32,000 nucleotides of DNA from Opitutales bacterium (GTDB lineage Bacteria > Verrucomicrobiota > Verrucomicrobiia > Opitutales > PNEW01): NCBI GenBank assembly GCA_965219535.1, contig CBDCNV010000002.1, forward strand, positions 990,001 to 1,022,000. The letters run 5' to 3'. Below the pieces are notes generated by a model. That model did no database searches, was not told the DNA's origin, and saw only the letters and a program-made list of their open reading frames with translations. Position 1 is the stretch's first letter, and each line of letters begins with the position of its first letter. Shown piece by piece: positions 16,745 through 25,557 of this stretch. The position numbers were made by a program, and so were the translations under genes.

Positions 16745-18919
16745 TCATGCGCTGAGCTCTAAAATTTTTCTCTGCAGGTCCGTCCGACGCGAGGTGCTTT
16801 CCTTATTTCGAACAGCGATAGCGTAGGCAGCTGGATCGCCTACGATGAAGACTTTACTTTTTCCGCGGGTGATTGCGGTGTAAAGGAGGTTTCTTTGTAA
16901 CAACATGAAATGTTGTTTTAAGAGTGGAATGATAACAATAGGAAACTCGCTCCCTTGAGCTTTGTGCACACTAATGGCATAGGCGAGTTGTAGATTATCC
17001 AGTTCTGCCCGCGTATAATCGATAACTTCATTATCAAAATTGACTGCAATAGAACCCGCTTCCGGATCGAGATGATTGATCCTGCCGAGATCGCCATTGA
17101 AAATGTTCTTTTCGTAATTATTACGGTTCTGCAGGACTTTATCACCGATCGAGAAAGTTCTCTGTCCAAATTGCATAACTTTACCGTTCGGGTTAAGGGC
17201 ATTTTGTAACTCTCGGTTAAAATTACTAATGCCCGCGACACCCCGATGCATGGGGGCCAGGACCTGGACATCCAAAAGTGGATCGACCGTGTATTTTGCA
17301 GGAATGTAGTTTCGACAAAGATCGATTACTGTATCGAGGCAAGCATCGGGATCTGTTTTACGAATAAAATGTAAATCACTATGCGGAATTAATTCTGATG
17401 TATTGCTTACGACGAATGGTGGTGTTGCGTTATTATTTAAAATATTGTGTGCCGTGGCGATAATTTTACTTTGCTCCTCTTGGCGAAATATCCTTTGCAG
17501 CCGCGTAACTTTAAATTTTCGACACTTAATAAGATCGCTGAGAACATTGCCGGCACCAATAGAGGGAAGTTGATTGACGTCGCCGACTAATAAAACATGA
17601 GCACTAACGGGCAGTGCGTTAAAAAGCGCGGATGCTAACCTGGTGTCCAGCATACTTGCTTCATCAACGATAATAAAGTCAGCATTTAAAGGATTACTTT
17701 TACAGGTTTTAAAGCGACCGGCATGTGGATCGAAATTTAAAAGCCGATGTATGGTTTGCGCGAAAGCGTCAGTCGCTTCACTCATGCGCTGCGCGGCACG
17801 ACCGGTAGGGGAGGCGAGTAAGATGCGTACTTTTTTTGCGCCAAGAATTTTTACAATCGCGAGGAGGATAGTGGTTTTGCCCGTGCCGGGTCCTCCCGTA
17901 ATGATCGATACTTTTTGCGTGAGTGCGGCACTGACTGCATTAACCTGCTCAGAGGTTAATTCAAAACCGACGCGTTCTTCCACCCATGAAAAAACTTTAT
18001 CCAATATAATGGGCGGTAAAGTTGACGCATGCGAAATGAGTCGATTTACACTTTGTGCAATTTCATCTTCAGCTTTGGCTGTGATCGGTAATTGAAGCAA
18101 TCCGTTACTCGTGGAAAGGCGAAGATAATTTTCTGCTTTTAAGGCTTTTATCCTTTCGTTTATTATTTCGTTTTCCGTTTCAAGTAACTGACTGGCATAA
18201 GGCACTAAATCTGCGGTGGAGTAACCGGTGTGCCCTTCATCTTCAAGTTGCTGCATCGCGTATATAATTCCAGCGTCGATCCGGGCAGGACTTTCGTTTG
18301 AAAAACCGAGGTTGATAGCGATGCGATCCGCGGTTTTAAAGCCAATACCCCTTACCTCACGGGCTACGGTGTATGGCTCGGTCTGCAGGACGGTTTTTGC
18401 ATTGTTTCCATACTTTTTTACTAACTGCAGGCAGTTAGAAGATGAGACACCATAAGTATGCAGAAAAAGCATTACATCCCGCATCGCCTGTTGTTCGGTC
18501 CAGGCAGTCTTTATGGAACGCGCGCGCTGTTTTCCAATCCCTGCGACTTCGAGCAAACGTCCGGAATCTTCGGCTATTACTTCCAGGGTCTCGGTCCCGA
18601 AGTGATCGACAATTTTATTCGCATAGACTTTACCAATCCCTTCGACGAGTCCACTGCCAAGATACATACGTATGCCGTGAACCGAAGAAGGGAGGACGGA
18701 ACGGAAGGTCTGTATCTTAAATTGATTTCCATGCCTTTGATGAAACTCCCAATGCCCGGTCAACTGAAGTGTTTCCCCACATTGAACACCGGGTAGGTTC
18801 CCGGTGACGGTAATTTGATTATTACATTTTTCCTGCCTTAATTCACCCACACAATAATGCGTTTCTTCGTTCGAGAAAATGATGCGCTCGAGCACGCCAT
18901 TGAGATTAACCTCACTCAT
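16745..18919 (-). CDS. recD2: RecD2-type SF1 ATP-dependent DNA helicase
   Basis: 724-aa ORF with an N-terminal OB/HhH region, Walker A (GGPGTGKTT) and Walker B (IIVDEASML), and the C-terminal SF1 motif (AISVHKAQGSEF). Confidence 0.9.
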   Translation of the reverse strand: MSEVNLNGVLERIIFSNEETHYCVGELRQEKCNNQITVTGNLPGVQCGETLQLTGHWEFHQRHGNQFKIQTFRSVLPSSVHGIRMYLGSGLVEGIGKVYANKIVDHFGTETLEVIAEDSGRLLEVAGIGKQRARSIKTAWTEQQAMRDVMLFLHTYGVSSSNCLQLVKKYGNNAKTVLQTEPYTVAREVRGIGFKTADRIAINLGFSNESPARIDAGIIYAMQQLEDEGHTGYSTADLVPYASQLLETENEIINERIKALKAENYLRLSTSNGLLQLPITAKAEDEIAQSVNRLISHASTLPPIILDKVFSWVEERVGFELTSEQVNAVSAALTQKVSIITGGPGTGKTTILLAIVKILGAKKVRILLASPTGRAAQRMSEATDAFAQTIHRLLNFDPHAGRFKTCKSNPLNADFIIVDEASMLDTRLASALFNALPVSAHVLLVGDVNQLPSIGAGNVLSDLIKCRKFKVTRLQRIFRQEEQSKIIATAHNILNNNATPPFVVSNTSELIPHSDLHFIRKTDPDACLDTVIDLCRNYIPAKYTVDPLLDVQVLAPMHRGVAGISNFNRELQNALNPNGKVMQFGQRTFSIGDKVLQNRNNYEKNIFNGDLGRINHLDPEAGSIAVNFDNEVIDYTRAELDNLQLAYAISVHKAQGSEFPIVIIPLLKQHFMLLQRNLLYTAITRGKSKVFIVGDPAAYAIAVRNKESTSRRTDLQRKILELSA

Positions 18920-18978
18920 GTGTAGGTAGTGTTAAGGTCAGCCCGCTCAATTAAGAGGAGAGGAAAAATTATAAAGCA

Positions 18979-19653
18979 TCATTCAGTTTGAACTTCGATC
19001 GCGTCCTTCGGAGCCGCGAATCCAAAAACGGTTTTACCCAGCTCAATCAAATCAGGGTACACTCCATGCGCGCCGGCTTCGATGAGCGGTTCGCTAGAAT
19101 GGGTACCTGTAGTTACCGCATAACTGGTCATGCCTACAGCCTTTGCGGCTTCAATATCAAAAGGTGAATCTCCAATCAGGCATGAATTATCGGGATCGCT
19201 TTGCAATCGAGAGAGAATATACTGTGTAAATTCACGTTCAGGCTTCCGGTAGGGTGTATCGCCATGACCGACAATAGCGTCAAGATAATGATCAAACTTC
19301 AAATGAGCGCAAAGTTGTCGCGAACTATCACCGCCTTTGTTCGTAAAGACCGCGGTTTTATAACCGCGGTCCTTGAGCGCATGAAGGAGCCAATGAACGC
19401 CCGGGTAGATGCCGACATCTTCAAGAAATATCTGATCAAAGTGTTCATGGAAATGGATAAGTGCTTCGGGTAATTTTTCTTTTCCGATTAACCTCTCAAG
19501 TGTTACCGGTACTGAACCTCCGATGGTGCGTTTGACGGTCTCAAAATCTACCTGTTCAAGCCCCAATTTTTTCTGAGCATAAGCATAACAACGGTAAATA
19601 ACGTTAAAATGATCAATTAATGTTCCGTCGAGATCTAGTAATACAGCATTCAT
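18979..19653 (-). CDS. HAD-superfamily phosphatase (phosphoglycolate phosphatase-like)
   Basis: Contains HAD motifs I (LLDLDGTL), II (VFTNK) and III/IV (K...GDSPFDIEAA). The start is set at ATG 19653 (MNAVLLDLDG). The ORF track start is 19680. Confidence 0.8.
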   Translation of the reverse strand: MNAVLLDLDGTLIDHFNVIYRCYAYAQKKLGLEQVDFETVKRTIGGSVPVTLERLIGKEKLPEALIHFHEHFDQIFLEDVGIYPGVHWLLHALKDRGYKTAVFTNKGGDSSRQLCAHLKFDHYLDAIVGHGDTPYRKPEREFTQYILSRLQSDPDNSCLIGDSPFDIEAAKAVGMTSYAVTTGTHSSEPLIEAGAHGVYPDLIELGKTVFGFAAPKDAIEVQTE

Positions 19654-19770
19654 ATAAATAATGTCGTCATCAGGCAGCACTTGCCCGGCAAAACGGGTTT
19701 AATAAATTGAAAATTGTGTGTGACAAATTTGGGATCACCTCTAAAGCTTAAACTATAAGAGTCAATCGGT

Positions 19771-20910
19771 ATGGATTCTCAAGAACAAATAAAATTGATA
19801 GAGAGTGTTCGAGAGGGCAATACGCTCACCCTTCGTTTGTCTGGGGATTGGTCGTTAAGGGAAAGCAAACCCGAATTTAATACGATAAAAGACACATTTC
19901 CAGAGGGTAAATCTTTACAGGGTATAAAATTCGATGTCTCCCAATTGGTCACTTGGGAATCAGGTCTGTTGACTTTTTTGCTGAAAGTCATCGATTACGG
20001 AAAAGAGCGAGGCTTGGAAGTATATGTAGATTCACTGCCCGATAACATGCAGCGTTTACTTCGTCTTTCACAGGAAGTTCCGGAAAAAGAGGATCTGGGA
20101 AGAAGAAACGGTGAACACACTTTTTTACCCCGGCTTGGTAAATGGGGAATCTCTATTTATGATGGAGGTGTAGATTTTACACGATTTTTTGGAGAGGTTT
20201 TTTTAAGTGTTCTTAAGCTCCTCAGTGGCCGCTATCATATGCGGTGGGGTGACTTTTTTGTCATCGTCCAGGAAACCGGTGCTAAAGCTCTCCCCATTGT
20301 CTCCCTCATCGCTTTACTCATTGGGCTAATTGTTGCCTTTCTAGGATCCGTTACCCTCGCCCGTTTTGGCGCGGAGATTTATGTTTCCTATCTTGTAGCC
20401 TACGGGATACTCAGAGAAATGGGAGCAGTTATGACTGGGGTAATTGTTGCCGGTCGCACGGGCGCGGCCTTCGCCGCACAGATAGGGACGATGAAGGTAA
20501 CCGAGGAAATCGATGCACTGAAAACGATGGGCATTTCTCCGGTAGATTTCATCGTCCTGCCACGTATGCTCGCGCTCATTATTATGATGCCGCTGCTTGT
20601 CCTCTATGCTGATCTCATTGGTATTATCGGTGGGCTCTTGGTATCTACCCTCCTTCTGGATTTTTCCGTTTACCAGTTTCTTGAGGGGATGAATGAAGCG
20701 GTGGCACTACCCGATTTTTACATCGGTCTGGTTAAAGGAACAATTTTTGGTATATTAGTTGCCATATCCGGTTGTCTGAGGGGCATGCAATGCGGGGATA
20801 GTGCTGATGCCGTTGGCTTGGCGGCCACATCAGCTGTCGTTACGGGTATAACCTTGATCATTTTTGCTAACGCTGTCATTGACTGGATTGCAGCCATCCA
20901 TGGCTTTTAA
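19771..20910 (+). CDS. mlaE: MlaE-family ABC permease with N-terminal STAS (MlaB-like) domain
   Basis: 379-aa ORF. The first 105 aa or so resemble a STAS/anti-sigma-antagonist fold (TLTLRLSGDW...FDVSQLVTWESGLLTFLL). The remainder is a 5-6-TM MlaE-type permease (TEEIDALKTMGISP motif). Confidence 0.85.
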   Translation: MDSQEQIKLIESVREGNTLTLRLSGDWSLRESKPEFNTIKDTFPEGKSLQGIKFDVSQLVTWESGLLTFLLKVIDYGKERGLEVYVDSLPDNMQRLLRLSQEVPEKEDLGRRNGEHTFLPRLGKWGISIYDGGVDFTRFFGEVFLSVLKLLSGRYHMRWGDFFVIVQETGAKALPIVSLIALLIGLIVAFLGSVTLARFGAEIYVSYLVAYGILREMGAVMTGVIVAGRTGAAFAAQIGTMKVTEEIDALKTMGISPVDFIVLPRMLALIIMMPLLVLYADLIGIIGGLLVSTLLLDFSVYQFLEGMNEAVALPDFYIGLVKGTIFGILVAISGCLRGMQCGDSADAVGLAATSAVVTGITLIIFANAVIDWIAAIHGF

Positions 20911-20915
20911 TATAA

Positions 20916-21683
20916 ATGATGAATGCTATTTCCCAACCGAAAATTGAAGTGCGAGGCATGGACTTAGCTTACGGCTCTTTTGTTGTCATGCGGGATCTCA
21001 AATTTTCCGTCAAGCAAGGTGAGATTATGATCATAATGGGCGGCAGTGGTTGTGGAAAAAGCACCTTATTAAAGCACCTTATCGGTCTTATCGATCCTGT
21101 CCGTGGGGACATTTTATATGACGGCGTAAGTTTTGTTAATGCCGATCTAGATAAAAAACAAAATACCTTGCGTACCTTTGGTGTGCTCTATCAGGCGGGG
21201 GCACTTTGGAGCTCAATGACCCTGGAAGAGAATGTGGCCTTACCTCTTGAGGAATATACACAGCTCTCGAGTAGTGAAATCCGGGAAATTGTCTCATTTA
21301 AGCTATCGCTTGTCGGTTTAAAAGGTTTTGAGGCCTTCTATCCATCTGAAATCAGTGGTGGTATGCGCAAGCGCGCCGGTTTGGCCCGCGCGATGGCGTT
21401 AGATCCGGAAATTCTATTTTTTGACGAACCGTCAGCGGGGCTCGACCCAATAAGTTCGCGCAGGTTGGACGAACTGATTCTACAACTTCGCGATAGTCTT
21501 GGCTCGACCGTTGTTGTGGTTACACATGAGTTGGCAAGCATTTTTGCGATCGGTGATAATTCAATCTTCCTCGATGCCGAAAGCAGAACAATGACGGCGA
21601 TGGGAAATCCAAATGAACTCTTTAAGAATCCACCTAATGAAAACGTACGATACTTTCTTTCTCGCGGTGAAAAAGCTAATTAA
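20916..21683 (+). CDS. mlaF: MlaF-type ABC transporter ATP-binding protein
   Basis: Has Walker A (GGSGCGKST), the ABC signature (ISGGMRKR) and Walker B (ILFFDEPSAGLD). Confidence 0.92.
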   Translation: MMNAISQPKIEVRGMDLAYGSFVVMRDLKFSVKQGEIMIIMGGSGCGKSTLLKHLIGLIDPVRGDILYDGVSFVNADLDKKQNTLRTFGVLYQAGALWSSMTLEENVALPLEEYTQLSSSEIREIVSFKLSLVGLKGFEAFYPSEISGGMRKRAGLARAMALDPEILFFDEPSAGLDPISSRRLDELILQLRDSLGSTVVVVTHELASIFAIGDNSIFLDAESRTMTAMGNPNELFKNPPNENVRYFLSRGEKAN

Positions 21684-21741
21684 TTTATTTTATCTCCCTT
21701 AGTATGAGATTAAAGAAGTTAATCATAGATAAGCAGATAAT

Positions 21742-22749
21742 ATGAGTATAAAATCCAATCCCACGGTAATAGGAGTTTTCGTGCTCGGTGCGATAGCTGT
21801 TGCCGTGGCGGGAATTATCTTCGTCGGGTCAGTTCAAATTTTTTCCGAAAATGAGGAATTTATCATTTATTTTGATGAATCAGTGAGCGGATTGGATATT
21901 GGCTCTCAAGTTAAATTTCGCGGTGTTCCCATGGGACAGGTCAAAGATATATTTATTCGTTACAATCAGATTGAATTATCAGCTCACATCCCAGTGCTTA
22001 TTGAAATTGAAATAAGCCGGCTCGCAAATAAACTAGGAATATCTGTGGATATAACTGATGATGAAGAGTACTTCGAACAGGTAAATGAAGGATTGCGCGC
22101 CCAATTGGTTATGGAAAGTTTTATCACAGGACTTTATTATATCGATTTATCCTACATCGAAGATGCCCCTCCCCCTAATTTCATCCAGGAGAAGATCATA
22201 TATAAAGAAATACCTTCCATCAAATCACCCTTTGCCGAGATCGGTCAGAGCGCTACCGAAATCATTGCTCGCCTGAGTGCTATTGATATAGAGAAAATAA
22301 ATAATAAATTGGTATCTCTTCTTGAGAGTGCGAATGACGCGATAGACGATGTAAACTTCAAAAAAATCAGCGACAGTTTAATCGATGCGACCGAGTCCAT
22401 TGCGGAGTTGGTCAATTCAGAAAATGTGCAGGCGGTATTGGAAAATCTAAAAACTGCTTTAGCAGAAATTCGTAATCTGTCATTGAAGTTAGAAGAAAAC
22501 ATTGATCCGGTTCTGGCGGGAGCTGATGCAACGAATCAGGAAGTTCAGAAGACTTTAGTCAGCCTGAGAAATACTGCTGATCGAATCGAAGAAGCACTCA
22601 CCCCTGAATCGTCCATGCGTTATGAAGTCGAGCGCGCTTTAAGTGAACTGTCGGCAGCTGCGCAATCAATCCAGCAACTCAGTGATTATCTAGAACGAAA
22701 TCCACGCTCTCTGCTAACCGGTAAAAAAATATCAGAAAAATCCGAATAA
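21742..22749 (+). CDS. mlaD: MlaD/MCE-domain protein with long C-terminal helical extension
   Basis: 335-aa ORF. It has an N-terminal TM anchor, one MCE domain (VKFRGVPMGQV) and about 180 aa of predicted helical, coiled-coil-like sequence ending in the YLERNPRSLLTGKK tail. Confidence 0.85.
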   Translation: MSIKSNPTVIGVFVLGAIAVAVAGIIFVGSVQIFSENEEFIIYFDESVSGLDIGSQVKFRGVPMGQVKDIFIRYNQIELSAHIPVLIEIEISRLANKLGISVDITDDEEYFEQVNEGLRAQLVMESFITGLYYIDLSYIEDAPPPNFIQEKIIYKEIPSIKSPFAEIGQSATEIIARLSAIDIEKINNKLVSLLESANDAIDDVNFKKISDSLIDATESIAELVNSENVQAVLENLKTALAEIRNLSLKLEENIDPVLAGADATNQEVQKTLVSLRNTADRIEEALTPESSMRYEVERALSELSAAAQSIQQLSDYLERNPRSLLTGKKISEKSE

Positions 22750-22751
22750 AA

Positions 22752-23381
22752 ATGAAGATTTCAAGATCGAATGTGTATGTTGTTCTCTTGGCAAGCCTGT
22801 TCTTGTCGCTAAGTGGTTGCTTAAATCTTGATCCACAAGCTGACCCCTCGCGTTTCTACCGGCTCTCTGCTTCCGATGAGGCGAAGGTTTCGCAAGATGA
22901 AGACGGTCTATCCATTGGCTTAAAACGAGTGGATGTTCCCCACTATTTAAAAAACAGGAAAATTGTTGTTCACCTCAACTCTGATGAAATTCGCTATTCT
23001 GAAATTCATCGCTGGGCTGAAGACTTGGAAACAGCGATCAGTCGAACGCTGGCGACTAATCTTACAGCGAAAAATAGGATTCAACAAGTATCAGTCGTGC
23101 CCTGGCAAGATACGAGCGTCCACGACGTCGAAATTAAAGTAAAAATTTTGCGCTTTGATGGCGCGGAAAACGGTAATGTCATCCTTCGCGCCCTGTGGGA
23201 AATCCAGGATCCATCGACCGGTGATAATCTCGTCACCGGAGATACCAGTGTCAACCGCAGTAGTTGGAACGGCCGGAACTATGGACGGCTGGCTTCTTTG
23301 ATGAGTGATACCTTGGCTTCATTGACCAATGATTTGTCAGAGGCAATAAGTAATTTATCGCTTCAATCAGAAAGTGAATAA
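22752..23381 (+). CDS. ABC-type transport auxiliary lipoprotein (PqiC/YmbA-like)
   Basis: 209-aa ORF starting 2 nt after the mlaD stop. It has a signal peptide with the lipobox LSGC (Cys23). Size and operon position match the auxiliary lipoprotein family that accompanies MCE systems. Confidence 0.75.
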   Translation: MKISRSNVYVVLLASLFLSLSGCLNLDPQADPSRFYRLSASDEAKVSQDEDGLSIGLKRVDVPHYLKNRKIVVHLNSDEIRYSEIHRWAEDLETAISRTLATNLTAKNRIQQVSVVPWQDTSVHDVEIKVKILRFDGAENGNVILRALWEIQDPSTGDNLVTGDTSVNRSSWNGRNYGRLASLMSDTLASLTNDLSEAISNLSLQSESE

Positions 23382-23384
23382 GCG

Positions 23385-23405
23385 TCTGATAATAGAGTTA
23401 TCAGA
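23385..23405. terminator. Candidate bidirectional hairpin between convergent genes
   Basis: TCTGATAA-tagag-TTATCAGA forms a perfect 8-bp stem with a 5-nt loop. It lies in the 35-nt gap between the lipoprotein stop and the leuA stop. The stem is AT-rich, so it is weak. Confidence 0.35.
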
Positions 23406-23416
23406 TCCTATACCAA

Positions 23417-25144
23417 TTAATTTATCGGAACGCTTTTAACTTTTTCCGCCGTGGTCGTCACCGGTTCTTCTTTGGAATATGCGCGATTGTAGGCACTAAT
23501 GAGGGCTTTAAGACTGGCCAATTCAATGTTGGCATCTATGCCCGCACCCCAATAGAGCTTCTTATCCGCTATCCGTTCAATTTCGATATACGCGGCGGCA
23601 TCAGCGGCTGACCCTCTGGTAATGGCGTGTTGACGAAAGTCGAGCAATCGGAAATTTTTCAAGCCAGCGTTATCCAACGCACTGACAAAGGCCGCAATGG
23701 GACCATTGCCAACACCCTCGATTTTTTTTATTTCGTCACACCAAATAATCTCGGCCTGACAGTTGACATGATGGTGATCGTCTGGATCAGAGGAAACATT
23801 GTAGGATTTCAATGATAAAGGACTTTCGCGCTCAATGTACTCCCGATTGAACGCCTCGCGAATTTCCTGGGCATTGAGTTCTCTGCTTTCAGCATCAGCG
23901 ATTTTATTGACAACAGTGCCAAAATCCGGGTGCATTTTTTTCGGTAAATCTAATCCGAATTCCTTCTCCATTACAAAAGCGACGCCGCCTTTACCACTCT
24001 GACTGTTAATGCGAATGATCGCTTCGTAAGTACGACCAATATCTTCAGGGTCCATCGCAAGATAGGGGACCTGCCATATACTACCGGGGGTCGGATCCAT
24101 TTTATCCATGCCTTTTTTTATCGCATCTTGATGAGAACCTGAGAATGCAGTAAAAACAAGGTCACCGCCGTAAGGATGACGTTCATGCACCAGCATACGG
24201 GTGCAGCGCTCATATATTTCTCTAACTTTTCCGATCCTGCTGAAATCGAGATGGGGGTCTACTCCCTGGGTATACATATTGAGTGCGACCGTTACAATAT
24301 CAAGGTTGCCGGTTCGTTCTCCATTGCCAAAGAGGGTGCCCTCAATTCGATCAGCACCAGCCATCAGGGCTAACTCGGTGGCGGCGGTCCCCGTTCCACG
24401 GTCGTTATGCGTATGGAGACTGATAATTGCTTTATCGCGGTTATTAATATGGCGACAAAACCATTCAATCTGATCGGCATGAATATTGGGTGTAGCTAAT
24501 TCAACGGTTGCGGGAAGATTTAAAATGATTGGCTTTTTTTCTGTCGGGTCCCATGCGTCCATAACCGCTTGGCATACTTCGAGAGAATATTCCAATTCCG
24601 TATCGGAAAAGCTTTCAGGTGAATACTCATATCTGATGTGAGTGTCAGCGACTGTGGGAACGAGACTTTTGACCAACTGCGTCCCTTTAACGGCGATGCT
24701 TTTTATTTGTTCTTTATCCATCCCAAAGGTCACTCGCCTTTGCAGAGGATTAGTAGAATTGTATAAGTGGACGATCACCTGCTTAGCACCGCGGATCGAT
24801 TCAAATGTGCGCCGAATGAGATGTTCTCTTGCCTGTACCAAAACCTGTATTTCGACATCGTCGGGAATAAGGTCATTATCGATTAAATGTCGTGTAAACT
24901 CATATTCGGTATCCGAAGCGGAGGGGAAACCGACTTCAATCTGCTTAAATCCGACACCACAGAGCAATTTAAACATCTCAAGCTTTTCCTCGATGTTCAT
25001 GGGAATGGACAGTGCCTGATTGCCATCACGTAGATCGACGCTACACCATTGCGGTGCACGATCAATGACCCTGTTTGGCCATTGGCGATCAGGTAATTCG
25101 ACCTTTTGATAGGGGTGATATTTGGTTATCGGTGTTTTTTGCAT
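23417..25144 (-). CDS. leuA: 2-isopropylmalate synthase (long, actinobacterial-type LeuA)
   Basis: 575-aa ORF with the N-terminus KYHPYQKVELPDRQWP, then DLRDGNQ and HTHNDRGTG, and a C-terminal regulatory domain. Confidence 0.93.
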   Translation of the reverse strand: MQKTPITKYHPYQKVELPDRQWPNRVIDRAPQWCSVDLRDGNQALSIPMNIEEKLEMFKLLCGVGFKQIEVGFPSASDTEYEFTRHLIDNDLIPDDVEIQVLVQAREHLIRRTFESIRGAKQVIVHLYNSTNPLQRRVTFGMDKEQIKSIAVKGTQLVKSLVPTVADTHIRYEYSPESFSDTELEYSLEVCQAVMDAWDPTEKKPIILNLPATVELATPNIHADQIEWFCRHINNRDKAIISLHTHNDRGTGTAATELALMAGADRIEGTLFGNGERTGNLDIVTVALNMYTQGVDPHLDFSRIGKVREIYERCTRMLVHERHPYGGDLVFTAFSGSHQDAIKKGMDKMDPTPGSIWQVPYLAMDPEDIGRTYEAIIRINSQSGKGGVAFVMEKEFGLDLPKKMHPDFGTVVNKIADAESRELNAQEIREAFNREYIERESPLSLKSYNVSSDPDDHHHVNCQAEIIWCDEIKKIEGVGNGPIAAFVSALDNAGLKNFRLLDFRQHAITRGSAADAAAYIEIERIADKKLYWGAGIDANIELASLKALISAYNRAYSKEEPVTTTAEKVKSVPIN

Positions 25145-25287
25145 TTGATTGAAATTTTACATGCTCTCGTTTGTAATGTAAATGATCTTAAGATCAGCCA
25201 TACGGATTAGATACCGGAATATATAAGATGTCTGGATTAAAATCCGGACAGCGACCACACGAAATATACGGTACAAACTACTCCCCC

Positions 25288-25341
25288 TCAGGGGAGAAAG
25301 CTGAGAAGAGCTAAAAGATAAAATGGTCGTTTATTGCTCAT
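25288..25341 (-). promoter_or_regulatory. Candidate Leu-rich leader peptide ORF (MSNKRPFYLLALLSFLP) of a leuA attenuator
   Basis: Translated by hand from the minus strand: ATG AGC AAT AAA CGA CCA TTT TAT CTT TTA GCT CTT CTC AGC TTT CTC CCC TGA. Five of 17 residues are Leu. The stop codon sits in the loop of the hairpin CTCCCC-TGAG-GGGGAG. The ORF ends 143 nt upstream of the leuA ATG. Confidence 0.3.
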
Positions 25342-25359
25342 CTTATTAATATAGAAACA

Positions 25360-25388
25360 ATGATCCCTCAATTTATTGTCTTTGTCAA
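25360..25388 (-). promoter_or_regulatory. Candidate promoter for the leader/leuA transcript (TTGACA-17 nt-GATCAT on the minus strand)
   Basis: A perfect -35 (TTGACA) lies at 25383-25388 as the reverse complement. A 17-nt spacer separates it from the -10-like GATCAT at 25360-25365. The leader ATG at 25341 lies about 19 nt downstream of the -10. Confidence 0.3.
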
Positions 25389-25557
25389 GTCTCCGAGGTC
25401 CGGTCTTTTCATTGCCATTATCCTAACAATCGCTAAATATTATATAAAAAATAAGAATATAAGTGATTTAATCGCGACCATTGAAAGTGGTGAATTACGA
25501 GAATATTTTATGCTTATGACCTGATATCATATCGGGGCATTCAACGATTACTTTAAT

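Noticed and set aside
19683-19698. GCCCG-gcaaaa-CGGGT hairpin followed by TTTAATAAATT, resembling a small intrinsic terminator on the + strand
   Set aside because: It lies in a divergent promoter region with no upstream + strand gene to terminate, and the stem is only 4-5 bp. It may be incidental or part of a 5' UTR.
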